From IMG/VR virus record IMGVR_UViG_3300002071_000003, positions 1 through 64,000 of that record: a stretch of DNA of 64,000 bases; one strand, 5' to 3'. A program made the position numbers and the translations under genes. The notes below the pieces were generated by a model. The model searched no databases. It was given only the letters and a program-made list of their open reading frames with translations, and was not told the DNA's origin. Below, in pieces: positions 18,738 through 28,862 of the stretch (positions within the stretch are counted from its first letter, which is position 1; every line of letters begins with the position of its first letter). Origin of the DNA: an uncultured virus (IMG/VR IMGVR_UViG_3300002071_000003) (lineage: Duplodnaviria > Heunggongvirae > Uroviricota > Caudoviricetes).

Positions 18738-21454
18738 TCCATTGAATAGTCTGTACCCGCACTGGAAGATTGATTCCTTGTAATTGTTATTGCTCTAACA
18801 CGAACTTCCAAATCAGTGTTCTTGACTATAAAACTATCACCTAAGTTTACAGGTAGGGGACCGGGGGCATAGGTAACTATAATTTTCTTCTGCGGTGTTC
18901 TACGCTTTAATAACTCTGCTCTAGATGCCCCAATAAGTGTAAAGTAATCTCCAATATTTCTAAAGTCATACAAACGCTGAATGGTTCTTCCAAACAGCTT
19001 TCTAGTTACCTTGTTCTCTACTACCGTTGTTAAGGGTAATCCATCAATATCTGAGCCTGAAGATATAAGCATAGTTGCTACTTGGCTAGAATCCTCATCA
19101 TCTTGGATACTAATCGTAGTTCCCCTGCCCTCTGCAAAGATTACATCTGTATCCGTTCCAATTCTTGGGACAACTAAAATACCGTTTTCCGTTACATCCC
19201 ACTCTAGTTGTAGTGCTTCACATGTATTTTTTAGTATCTCTAGATGTGTTGTGTTTACAAACTTAACGCTAAGTCCGCTTGTCTCATGAACCCCTAGGCC
19301 ATCTACATACATAGGAGCAGTATCATCCGGTTTCCAAATATAAAGTTGGTGATGTGCCCAAGGTAAGCCGGTATCAGTAAAGAAATCATTAGAATCAAAG
19401 ATGACCACTTGTGGAACCTCATAGGCACTCTGTAGGTCAACTATGAGTGAGCCATCTGCTTCCCCACCGGGAATGGGATACGTACCCGGTCCAAAGGGAT
19501 TCCATAAGAATACCTGAATCTTGCCAGAGTTCGGACCCTTCTTAGCATAAACAATAATCCTATCCCCTGTAAAGGTGAAGCCCATCTTCGCAACATGCCC
19601 TACATCCTTAAACTCATATACACTACCGAAGGAGTCTGCTGAATTAAAAAGCTGTGTTGCTTCAGTTAGCGCCGCTATTCCAAACCTATTATCATCCTCA
19701 TTAATTTCTGAGAAAGAGGCTGACCAATATCCTGCAAAGGCATCAATAGATACATAACCACCATTTAGATTGGTAATTTTTAATTCATAATTTGTGTCGT
19801 CTTGAAGTAGAGCAGACTCATAGGTTATCTCATAGACCTTTTCTGCTGAAACACCTACAGGAAGCGTAAGACCAGCTTCTAATGTGTCCCAGTCAGTCCA
19901 TATACCTGCACCATCCTTGGATCGCAATTCAATGGATACTCGACCTGCTGTAGAGCCTTCGGGTATGGTGGCAAACCATTTTAGTGAGACTCCCCTAAAG
20001 TGTAGAACAGCCGTATCATTCTGTACAATAGTGTGGGAGTAACTTCCCCCATAAGAAAAGGCATCTACAGTACTTATCCATGCGTCAGCTTGCGTTACTT
20101 GGGTAGAGGCATCGCTAAATAACAGCAGTCTAGAATAAGCGGGGCACGATAAGGTATAACTTCCACCTGTATATAAAATATTATTAAACTCACTCTTTAC
20201 TATATTTCCCCCACCAGATGTGTATGTAACCCTTCTAAAAAATCCACCCGGTTCAAACTTAGTACCGGAACCAGCACTAATCATTTCACTAGCGTCGGGT
20301 ACATGATAATAAGTAATCTGTCTATTATCATCTTGTATTTGGTGGTATGCTAGGTTAGGGATGTTATCCCTACCTAGAATTTTTCTATATACACCTAATT
20401 CTACTACCGAAGCATGGCAGTTACTTGATGGATTTAAGTCAGTTTTAGGAATAATTCCCCCACTTACTGTTGGGGAAATAGCACTATTTCCAAACAGCAC
20501 ATTACTTTCCCCACATTCCCAACCCCACTCATCAGAAGAGACACCAGCTAGGGCATTTCCATACCAAGCATGTGCATCCCTTATATTTACCTTCCAATAT
20601 TGTGCTTCTACTGCATCCCCATCTACCGCTATCTGATGATTATCAAATCCTGTTTCCCCCCCATAGTAAATAGGTGTCCCACCAATAGCCGGGTCCATCC
20701 AAGCACCATCATGAGGTCCAACAGTAGTAAAATCAGTAGTAAATCCGCTATCAGGACTATCTGAGTGTGACCAATCCCACTCGTATGTTCTAGTATTCCA
20801 AACTGTTGGCCCACCCCACCAAGGAAGTAACACTAGGGCTTTAGAAATGGTATACTTGTCCCCTAGATTAACTGTAAGATAATCTGCTTTGTCTATCCCT
20901 GTCCAGAAAGCATCGCTCTTTTTTGTTCCTCGCTCTGGCGTATCTCTACCAATAGAGATAAACCCTGTTTGCTCATCAATGGCAAAATCTTTGGTACGTA
21001 GACTTAAGCCGTAGTAATCAGAACTAGTAGCCTTGTTAATGATAGTTGAAGTACGAGGCTCACCAGCAATATTTTCGTAACGCAGGTCATCAAAGAACTG
21101 GTTAATTGGATAATAGAATGTTTGGGTGCTCTTATAAAACTCTTCCAGTAAGGCCGATCTACCGGGACCAGATATCTTTTTAGTTTGTCCACTAGTATAA
21201 CTAATTGCAGTAATTGGCCCATAATTTAGTCGCACGTTTGTATCTGTATCCCAACATTCCCACCAACGGATATAAGTAACATACTGCATCTTGGGATCAT
21301 TAAGGGGCATCTCAAATGTAATAGTTTCGTCACTAGAGCTTACTGTCTTAACTAGTGAAACATTTTCCGCCCGCTCAATAATTACCGGGTCTACAAAGCT
21401 TACCCCGCTGGCAAAATTTGGTAACGAAAGCCTAATCTGTAGAATCGTATTCAC
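18710..21454 (-). CDS. baseplate hub / Tal-like tail protein with inserted discoidin and CBM-like domains
   Basis: Position after Dit; ITFEMP..DPK N-terminus; PRIG..and GDSF.V..RAITITR C-terminus; internal jelly-roll repeats. Confidence 0.7.
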   Translation of the reverse strand: MNTILQIRLSLPNFASGVSFVDPVIIERAENVSLVKTVSSSDETITFEMPLNDPKMQYVTYIRWWECWDTDTNVRLNYGPITAISYTSGQTKKISGPGRSALLEEFYKSTQTFYYPINQFFDDLRYENIAGEPRTSTIINKATSSDYYGLSLRTKDFAIDEQTGFISIGRDTPERGTKKSDAFWTGIDKADYLTVNLGDKYTISKALVLLPWWGGPTVWNTRTYEWDWSHSDSPDSGFTTDFTTVGPHDGAWMDPAIGGTPIYYGGETGFDNHQIAVDGDAVEAQYWKVNIRDAHAWYGNALAGVSSDEWGWECGESNVLFGNSAISPTVSGGIIPKTDLNPSSNCHASVVELGVYRKILGRDNIPNLAYHQIQDDNRQITYYHVPDASEMISAGSGTKFEPGGFFRRVTYTSGGGNIVKSEFNNILYTGGSYTLSCPAYSRLLLFSDASTQVTQADAWISTVDAFSYGGSYSHTIVQNDTAVLHFRGVSLKWFATIPEGSTAGRVSIELRSKDGAGIWTDWDTLEAGLTLPVGVSAEKVYEITYESALLQDDTNYELKITNLNGGYVSIDAFAGYWSASFSEINEDDNRFGIAALTEATQLFNSADSFGSVYEFKDVGHVAKMGFTFTGDRIIVYAKKGPNSGKIQVFLWNPFGPGTYPIPGGEADGSLIVDLQSAYEVPQVVIFDSNDFFTDTGLPWAHHQLYIWKPDDTAPMYVDGLGVHETSGLSVKFVNTTHLEILKNTCEALQLEWDVTENGILVVPRIGTDTDVIFAEGRGTTISIQDDEDSSQVATMLISSGSDIDGLPLTTVVENKVTRKLFGRTIQRLYDFRNIGDYFTLIGASRAELLKRRTPQKKIIVTYAPGPLPVNLGDSFIVKNTDLEVRVRAITITRNQSSSAGTDYSMECITWPQII

Positions 21455-21461
21455 CCTTACC

Positions 21462-24400
21462 TTAACTATCTATTTTAACTGGACGTGCCTCGAATGTTAG
21501 AGTGTACTTTAGAATTGTAGAACTCTCTGGTACCTGCTTTGAAACAGCCAAAGAGTTTGCAATGGCTAAATAGTACTTATCTCTATGCTGTATATATAGC
21601 GGAGCAAATCCCCGTGCTGACCGCATAATTGTAGCTGCTAATCTAACCTTATCCTTACATGCTTCATAGGTTGGTTCCCATACAAGCATTTCTATTGTTA
21701 TTACAGTATTTTTAAGCCCTGTATCTTCAGATAATGCACCATCAATATATGGTGCAGGATATGAGTTAAGACTTACTTCATTTGAGTAGGATTCTGACTG
21801 GGCATACCCCGGCAAGTCGTGACCATTGAATCGCACAAGATATGTATAATAGTCACTAGTTGGCCCTATACCGGGGGGAATAGCCTGTCCCACTACTATA
21901 TAACCCGCTGCTAGGCCAAATTTAGGGACATTGAAGGCTATTATGCGTGCTTGGGCCTGACTAAACTTATGGTACCCTACCCAAACCATAGCTTGTCCTG
22001 TGACTTTGTATTGCTTGGATATCCGCGTTCTGGCTTGTGCCCCTACCCAATGTCTCTCAAACAACACTGCCAAGGCTTGTGCAATCGGAGAGTATACTTG
22101 TTTAATCCAAACTCGTGAATTACCCTCCGAATAATAGGTTTGCACCATATCTGCTTGTGCCTGCGCTGTTTCTAGACCTGTATTTAATAGTGCTACCGCC
22201 CCGCCAATTTCTCTATAGGTTTGCCTAATAGCTGCCTGTACTTGGGAACTAGGCCAAGGATAAATATATACAGTTGCCTGTGCGTATCTCTGTATACCTA
22301 CCCCTCTAATAAGAGCTTTTGCTTGCGCCCATTTCCAGTTCTTGGTAATGTATGCTTGGGTACTAGCAAATTGGAAGTGGCCTATATAAACTTTGGTTTG
22401 ACCATAGCTTTTACCGTGTCTCCTATCCAAAATAGTTACTAGGGCCTGTCCAGCCCATTGTGGCTTAGTAATCCATACCTTTGCATAACCTGTCTTTACA
22501 TATGTTTGCAATACCCTAGCCTTAGCCTGCCCAAATTGAGAAACATCATAAGCTATTATCCGTGCTTGCGCATTAGCAATAACAGTAGGGGGTATAATCC
22601 AAGTATTTGCTTGGTTATATGTATTAAATGTTTGTAAAATATCAACAGTGGTAAGTCCTGTTACTGTAGGTGGGATTACCCATGTATTGGATTGACTGCT
22701 CGTTTGGTACGTAGTGATAATAGTTACTAGGGCCTGTCCAAAGGCGGTAAGGCCAAAAGCGGGCCACAAGAGGGTTCCAGCTTGTCCTACAGCAAAGTGT
22801 CCAAAGGATGCTTGTGCCTGAGCAAATGTTCCAGATTTAACTGTAGCAAATCCTAACTCAAACGTTAGAATAGATACCCCATTATTTGTACCAAGATTAT
22901 CTACCAGTAATCTCCAAAGACTTGTTGTTATAGAAGGTAGCTCCCCTGCTATAGCTTTTGAAGCATCAATCGGATCGAAGATTCCTACGTTAAACGATAT
23001 ACCCTGTATAAGCTCCTGCCAAGCACCATCCCAATACTGTAAACTTACAGTAGCATCATACCTAACTGGAACTATTCGGTAATAGTTAACAGTTCTATCT
23101 TGCCCAAAGTCTATTTGTAGCCATTCATCATCCTGAATCCAGACACCGTTCTCGAAATAGGCTTGAGGACCAAAGATTTCCCACACTGGTCCGGCGTCAT
23201 TTCCATCTATAACGTTTATCGGGGTTAACTGCCCCATCGAATCTATTGCTGTAGCACCCATAGTAGTCAGGGCATAATTTGTATCCATACTCATTAACGG
23301 ATATGTTTGCTTAATCCGAGTCTGTGCTTGTCCCGTTACAACAGGGGTTAGGTACCAGAATTGTGCCTGACCAAACCCACTGTACGTTTGTGGAGGGCGC
23401 GTTGTTCGGGCTTGGAAGTGTGTGAGAATTTGACCGGCAGACAGTTCGTGATCGAAGATCGCAAATTCATCCAATCCACCATTCCATGAGTATTCGTCAT
23501 AACCTAACCACACATCTTGCCCAAAGGTTCTGGCAGTACGGGACCCTCTCACTTGCGATAGAGCTTGCGAAACCCCATTAATATAAATCTTGTTTGCTAT
23601 TGCTTCGTCTTGACCTGAGTACCATACCATTGCAACATGGAGCCATTTATTATCAAGACCTGTTGAGGCAAGACCGTAAATATCTCCACCATTTGAATTA
23701 AATCCGTAGTTGCCCCCATAGAAATAGAGACCTCCCCAAGGGGAGCCACTACTACCAAGATAATATGCCGCAACATCGTCTGTTCCGGTCCAGTACATCC
23801 AGAATTCAACAGTAATGGCACTTCCAACGGTTGTAGGAATCCATCCATAGTCGCTTCCTATTTGTTGAGCTAGTATCTTGTGTGCGTTTAATTGCCCTAC
23901 ACCCCACCCACCACCATAAGGCCAGAAGATTGATGTTCCTTGATTTGATAGGCTACCAGTTACACCAAAAGTGGCACCGCTTTTATTCCAAACAGCATCC
24001 CCTCTACCTACTAAGGTATGAAGAATACCTGCCTCTTGTCCTACTGAAACACCCAAAGCAAATCTAACAAGATTTGTTGCATCCCCATTATAGGCTTCTA
24101 CTTCTGAGAATCCAGGATCACCATTTCCATCCGAATCGCTTATTAAACGCATCCATGTAACATTTGTAGCAGGGGCAGTGTAGGTTGAAACCTCCCCACT
24201 AGTAGAAGGGAATGTTACATTATAAGAAGTACCATTGCTATATAAAATTCTACCAGACCCAAACGTATAGTCGGGCCTATTAGTTACTTTTACTGTTAGT
24301 ATGCTTTGTGGAGCACCCCAAGTTACTTGCCACCACTCACCTATAGTGTAGCCTGCACTTGCCCAACCATTATCGGTATTACCGTCTGCCGCAAATTCTG

Positions 24401-27251
24401 GTAAATAACCTCCGTCATAAAAGTTATAAGCACTATAAGCTACTTCTCCACCATAATATGTTTCATCTAGCGGATAATAGAGTATAGGTCTATCAGTAAG
24501 AACAGCCTTTCTATACCCTAGAACATTGTATCCAATTTGCGCAATTGCTTGGCCCGGTCTAAATCCACCGATCTGTAATTGTGCCTGACCAGATACAGCA
24601 ATATCTGTTACCTTTATGTATACTTGGGCTTGGCTGCGAGCAATGGTGGAACTTATCTCTGCATTAACCTGTGAATATTGTGAAAGCCCTAGATAATAGG
24701 GAGTCCACGGAGGATTGTTACTGGTTAATATGTTCCAATATGTGTCTGCTGGTCGCATATATTGTACAATCCAGCCATTTATTGTCCAATCCCCATACCA
24801 ATTTGTAGTGATTTGGTACGTAGTTCCCTCAGTAAGGGAGATAGAGCCGGTTGCATATCCACCATCAACTTCTGCACTTGCAGTTAGAACAGTGGTGGCA
24901 TCTATATTTAGATACCCTGAATAGTCGGCAAACATTTGGAATTGCCATGTACCCGATACATCAGCAACGAAGGTTCCTGTTGCCCACCACTGGGCATTAT
25001 CAGGCATTGAGTATTCAGGAAAGTTAGGCCATCCGGGTGTATTTACAATGTAATAGGTAGTATCATCCTGATTTACATACAACCCCATATTGAATGTTGG
25101 GACATAGAAAGGATTAAAAGCAGCTTGTGCCTGTGCAGACTTAGAAGTATCTTTATATATTACTTTTACTCTTGCTTGTGCATAGTGATTAGTGGTAGCA
25201 AATATAGCAACAGCAGCCTGACTAATCTGTTGGAAAATATTCATTGCTCCCGGTGTCAGGTTATATATATACCAAGAAGCACCAGCAAATCCCCAACGCC
25301 AAGTAATTAAGGCCCCTGCTTGGGCATAAGCCTGTAGCTTACCTGCAATATAGTGGTCGGCTACTTGAGCAGAAGTTAATACCGTATTATAAGCGGCTAT
25401 ACTGTCATATATAGGGTAATAGTTTTGAGAAACGTTTGAACCCTGATAAGGTGAGTAGTCTAAATAGAAATAATTACCGGCAACAGAAGACCCATTCCAT
25501 TGATTTGTTTGTACACCATTTACATAGAAAGTAACTGTTCCATTATCGTAAGTAAGAGCAAGATAGTACCAAGAAGACCATCCGTTACCAGCATCTACTG
25601 TAACATTAGAGTTATAAACGGTACTTCCCCACATAGTAGTAACATAGTTACCCAACGAGTTAGGGGTGGTTCCGCCCTGTCCAACAACAACACTAGAGCC
25701 TATTGAGAATATTGGAGCTTTACCTGAAATGCCATAACCCGTATAGAATTGTACCCACCCTTCAAACGTCCATTGGGTACCTTGGAACCTAGAATAAGTT
25801 GGGGAATAAAGATATCCGTAGTAATAATAGAAACTATGAGCCTGTCTATATGGGGGATTTATACCACCATAAGGGGAACCGTAATTAAAGTAGTTATCAT
25901 AGTATTTTGTTAGAGTATAATTACCAATAATATCTTGTGGGCCACTAGATTTAGGTCCCTCCATTGGCCAAAAGCTTACAGCACCGTCTTGCTTTACCTT
26001 ATATGCATAGCTGTTATAAGGGCCAATATCAAGCCATGCTTGTGCATTAGCATATCCTGCGCCCTTTTTAATGAATGCCTGTGTTTGGGAAAAAGTATTA
26101 TTATCAAATACTAGAATATCTGTTTGTGCCTGTCCAACCCACTGTGATTGATTTACTACGGCTAATGCTTGGGAAAATACACTAGATACGACAAGTATAT
26201 TAGCGTTAACCTGAGCATTAGATTGATTATATAAGAACGCGCCAACACCCTTAACAATAATATTATCAAACTTTGAAGCCTCATTAACACTAGACTCATA
26301 GATATCAAGAAGGCCGGGGCTATTGCTGCCTAATTGATTTACAGGCCATGAGGTCTGAATTACTGTCCACGTAACAGGTTCAGTATCTCCTACTTTCCAA
26401 AAATGTATCTTAACGTGATTGGAATCTGTAGTACTTATTACAACGTGTGTTGTGTACCAAGCACTTCTAGTTGAAATAGGCCATGATCCATTACTATTGG
26501 GGCCTGATATATTGTAGGAGGTTTCAGTATTAGTTGCACGAAAATACCAGTTACGATCATACCAATATGTATAAGCACCATTATCACCGGATGCAGGAAT
26601 CCATATATCCATAAAGAACTCGCCATCATTATTACCTGTAGTAGCACCAGTATTATATAGGGAGTCATAAGTTTGCCCACTAGGTATAGGCATAACCAGC
26701 ACAGAGCCATTAACATATATAGGGGTAGTACTTGCATTCCACCTAGTATCCCAACCTGACCAGACCCACGGTTGCCCTGTATCGGCATTACCTATAGCAA
26801 ATGGGGGCGCAGTTGTAGTACGACTAAACGTATCCTGAAATACAGTAGTATACCGCTGGATTGATATCCAAGCAGTTGCTTGGGCATAAACTTGTTGGGA
26901 AATTAATATACTAGTTTGTGACTGGGCATATTGGGGCACGTCAAAGGAGATGATCTGTGCCTGCGCCTGCCCCTTTCCATATGGAGCAGTATAAATATAA
27001 ATAATTTGGGAATTAGTTTGGGCATAAGATTGGAAAGTACTACTTACAGCTATTTTAACCCGAGACTGGCTACTATTTCGATATGTAACTAATATCTGCC
27101 CTTGGGATTGAGCATAATAGGATTGATTAGATAGTACTTGTACAGCAGTTTGTGCGTATACACTACTAATTACGGACTCTAGCAATAAAACGCCAGAACC
27201 ATCTTCAAGTAGATACCCACCAGAACTGTCTTCAAGAAGATATTTAGACAT
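21462..27251 (-). CDS. giant QAQ-repeat virion protein with LamG, PA14 and discoidin inserts and a C-terminal Dit-like domain
   Basis: 14-15-aa (Y/F)AQxQxxI repeats; LamG motifs (TFEGWV, LALTYD..YVNG, DEFAIF); C-terminus paralogous to 28120-28848. Confidence 0.8.
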   Translation of the reverse strand: MSKYLLEDSSGGYLLEDGSGVLLLESVISSVYAQTAVQVLSNQSYYAQSQGQILVTYRNSSQSRVKIAVSSTFQSYAQTNSQIIYIYTAPYGKGQAQAQIISFDVPQYAQSQTSILISQQVYAQATAWISIQRYTTVFQDTFSRTTTAPPFAIGNADTGQPWVWSGWDTRWNASTTPIYVNGSVLVMPIPSGQTYDSLYNTGATTGNNDGEFFMDIWIPASGDNGAYTYWYDRNWYFRATNTETSYNISGPNSNGSWPISTRSAWYTTHVVISTTDSNHVKIHFWKVGDTEPVTWTVIQTSWPVNQLGSNSPGLLDIYESSVNEASKFDNIIVKGVGAFLYNQSNAQVNANILVVSSVFSQALAVVNQSQWVGQAQTDILVFDNNTFSQTQAFIKKGAGYANAQAWLDIGPYNSYAYKVKQDGAVSFWPMEGPKSSGPQDIIGNYTLTKYYDNYFNYGSPYGGINPPYRQAHSFYYYYGYLYSPTYSRFQGTQWTFEGWVQFYTGYGISGKAPIFSIGSSVVVGQGGTTPNSLGNYVTTMWGSTVYNSNVTVDAGNGWSSWYYLALTYDNGTVTFYVNGVQTNQWNGSSVAGNYFYLDYSPYQGSNVSQNYYPIYDSIAAYNTVLTSAQVADHYIAGKLQAYAQAGALITWRWGFAGASWYIYNLTPGAMNIFQQISQAAVAIFATTNHYAQARVKVIYKDTSKSAQAQAAFNPFYVPTFNMGLYVNQDDTTYYIVNTPGWPNFPEYSMPDNAQWWATGTFVADVSGTWQFQMFADYSGYLNIDATTVLTASAEVDGGYATGSISLTEGTTYQITTNWYGDWTINGWIVQYMRPADTYWNILTSNNPPWTPYYLGLSQYSQVNAEISSTIARSQAQVYIKVTDIAVSGQAQLQIGGFRPGQAIAQIGYNVLGYRKAVLTDRPILYYPLDETYYGGEVAYSAYNFYDGGYLPEFAADGNTDNGWASAGYTIGEWWQVTWGAPQSILTVKVTNRPDYTFGSGRILYSNGTSYNVTFPSTSGEVSTYTAPATNVTWMRLISDSDGNGDPGFSEVEAYNGDATNLVRFALGVSVGQEAGILHTLVGRGDAVWNKSGATFGVTGSLSNQGTSIFWPYGGGWGVGQLNAHKILAQQIGSDYGWIPTTVGSAITVEFWMYWTGTDDVAAYYLGSSGSPWGGLYFYGGNYGFNSNGGDIYGLASTGLDNKWLHVAMVWYSGQDEAIANKIYINGVSQALSQVRGSRTARTFGQDVWLGYDEYSWNGGLDEFAIFDHELSAGQILTHFQARTTRPPQTYSGFGQAQFWYLTPVVTGQAQTRIKQTYPLMSMDTNYALTTMGATAIDSMGQLTPINVIDGNDAGPVWEIFGPQAYFENGVWIQDDEWLQIDFGQDRTVNYYRIVPVRYDATVSLQYWDGAWQELIQGISFNVGIFDPIDASKAIAGELPSITTSLWRLLVDNLGTNNGVSILTFELGFATVKSGTFAQAQASFGHFAVGQAGTLLWPAFGLTAFGQALVTIITTYQTSSQSNTWVIPPTVTGLTTVDILQTFNTYNQANTWIIPPTVIANAQARIIAYDVSQFGQAKARVLQTYVKTGYAKVWITKPQWAGQALVTILDRRHGKSYGQTKVYIGHFQFASTQAYITKNWKWAQAKALIRGVGIQRYAQATVYIYPWPSSQVQAAIRQTYREIGGAVALLNTGLETAQAQADMVQTYYSEGNSRVWIKQVYSPIAQALAVLFERHWVGAQARTRISKQYKVTGQAMVWVGYHKFSQAQARIIAFNVPKFGLAAGYIVVGQAIPPGIGPTSDYYTYLVRFNGHDLPGYAQSESYSNEVSLNSYPAPYIDGALSEDTGLKNTVITIEMLVWEPTYEACKDKVRLAATIMRSARGFAPLYIQHRDKYYLAIANSLAVSKQVPESSTILKYTLTFEARPVKIDS

Positions 27252-27274
27252 TACAAATCACCTGATTTGGGCAT

Positions 27275-27313
27275 AAAAATAGAAACCCCTGAATATCCTT
27301 CAAGGGTTTCTAT
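27275..27313 (-). terminator. rho-independent terminator
   Basis: Minus strand ATAGAAACCCTTGAA..TTCAGGGGTTTCTAT-TTTT. Confidence 0.75.
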
Positions 27314-27394
27314 CATGTTATTCAACCAAACCATCCCCATTGTATTGAGTTTTAGGCCATTAAATTGACCTTATTAACTTTGTTTATCAGGCTA

Positions 27395-28102
27395 CTACAC
27401 GAACCTGATCCAGTCGAAGGCAGCTTCGACCTTAGCGCCGTAGTAGTCACTCACGACGAAGCCGACACTGGCAAGGGTCATCTCCGGGTCGATTGTGGCG
27501 GCCCCCTCCGTCCAGAGGAAGCCGGTATAGGAGTATTGGCACACAACGTCAGTCGAGGACGTGACGATCATCCGCAGGTACAACGGCGGCCAACCCGCTG
27601 CAAAGGCGGCATTGTCTAATCGCGTTGTCGGGTCTGTCCATATCTGGCGACTCAATCCGCGGCCGGATTCCCAGTATTGGCCCCAAGTGAGCAGCTTGCC
27701 CGGCGACGCCTCCCCAACGAAGATGCCCGCGGACTGATAGTCGGCGCCCACCGTCGTGTCGCTGAGTTTGGCCGTCACCGTGTACGGCATCGTGGGCGCC
27801 GCCTTGTAGGTGCCGTCCAGTCGCCACTCCCCCGCCGTCCGCCCGATGTGGACGTGGCTCGGGAAGTCGGTGACGTTCGCCGTGTCGAGCGTGCCGAGCG
27901 TTGTCCAGCCCGAGAGCGTGTCGAACTCATTGTCATAGGCACTGGGCGATGACGGCCGGGTGTCCGGCGAGACGCCGCCAAAGAGCGTCTGAATCTGTGC
28001 AACTGTTAATTTCTTTGGTGTTCCACCCTCGTTGACAGGAATTTCCTGAGTACCAAGAGCAGAGGAAGCAGCAGTAAGAGCGCTAATTTTTGTATCAGCC
28101 AT
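27395..28102 (-). CDS. MADTKISAL-adaptor protein with a high-GC ConA/lectin-like C-terminal domain (putative receptor-binding module)
   Basis: Low-GC N-terminal ~37 aa followed by a GC-rich beta-sandwich (DNEFD...SAGIF...LYLRM...YS..G..W...FDWIRF). Confidence 0.7.
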   Translation of the reverse strand: MADTKISALTAASSALGTQEIPVNEGGTPKKLTVAQIQTLFGGVSPDTRPSSPSAYDNEFDTLSGWTTLGTLDTANVTDFPSHVHIGRTAGEWRLDGTYKAAPTMPYTVTAKLSDTTVGADYQSAGIFVGEASPGKLLTWGQYWESGRGLSRQIWTDPTTRLDNAAFAAGWPPLYLRMIVTSSTDVVCQYSYTGFLWTEGAATIDPEMTLASVGFVVSDYYGAKVEAAFDWIRFV

Positions 28103-28119
28103 TATATTTCTCCTTTATT

Positions 28120-28848
28120 TTATATGTACCAATGATCGTAGTAACTTATACTTGCTGATCCATCTACTGTAAAGGTTGTTCTTCCCGGCCCCACATATAA
28201 GCGGTAGTCCTTTGTAGTAACAAGCGCGTTCTTATTAACGCCCCCAATTGTAGCCGTGAAGGCTTCTGTATCCACAACCAATCCGGTAACGCCAGTTGTT
28301 ACAATACTGCCTGTAGACTGGCTATCCGCAGTCATACCGCTTATGCTATTCCCTGTTAGTGTTACGATAGTAGGTGTCCAGCCTCCACTATATATTGTGC
28401 GCCCTACTTCATCAGTGTCACTACTTATCACATGAAGTTCCTCACCAATTAACCAAGGGCGGCATTCAAAATCTACCTTATAAGTAAGCTGGCGCACAGA
28501 ACTTCCAGTAGCCTTATCCGTAGTAATAGATTTAACCATTGCAGAATAATGTTTATCCGCATATTGTACGTACAAATTTGCCCATCCGCCTCTATAACTT
28601 CGTAGATACGTAGCAGCTAACTCTACTTGTTGTTTACAGGTTAGGTAGTCTGTTTCCCACACCAGTAACGTCAAAGAAATAACTTTATTTGCTAACCCAG
28701 TCTCTTCTGAAGGGCTTCCGTCGATGTAAGCTCCATAATGTTGTACAACATTCATCATAGAGTCAAAGCTCTCTGATTGAACATAGCCGGGAAGTACGTA
28801 ATTGTTATAACGAGCAAGATATTGCTGCGCTGGACCTAAAGGACTCAT
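28120..28848 (-). CDS. distal tail protein (Dit)
   Basis: Immediately after the tape measure; FECRPW and LYVGPG..TF...YYDHW motifs. Confidence 0.75.
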   Translation of the reverse strand: MSPLGPAQQYLARYNNYVLPGYVQSESFDSMMNVVQHYGAYIDGSPSEETGLANKVISLTLLVWETDYLTCKQQVELAATYLRSYRGGWANLYVQYADKHYSAMVKSITTDKATGSSVRQLTYKVDFECRPWLIGEELHVISSDTDEVGRTIYSGGWTPTIVTLTGNSISGMTADSQSTGSIVTTGVTGLVVDTEAFTATIGGVNKNALVTTKDYRLYVGPGRTTFTVDGSASISYYDHWYI

Positions 28849-28862
28849 AATTATCTCTCTCC

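Noticed and set aside
27365..28002. Several overlapping alternative-frame and antisense ORFs
   Set aside because: Artefacts of the high-GC cassette (few stop codons); the 27395-28102 frame has the SD and a coherent domain
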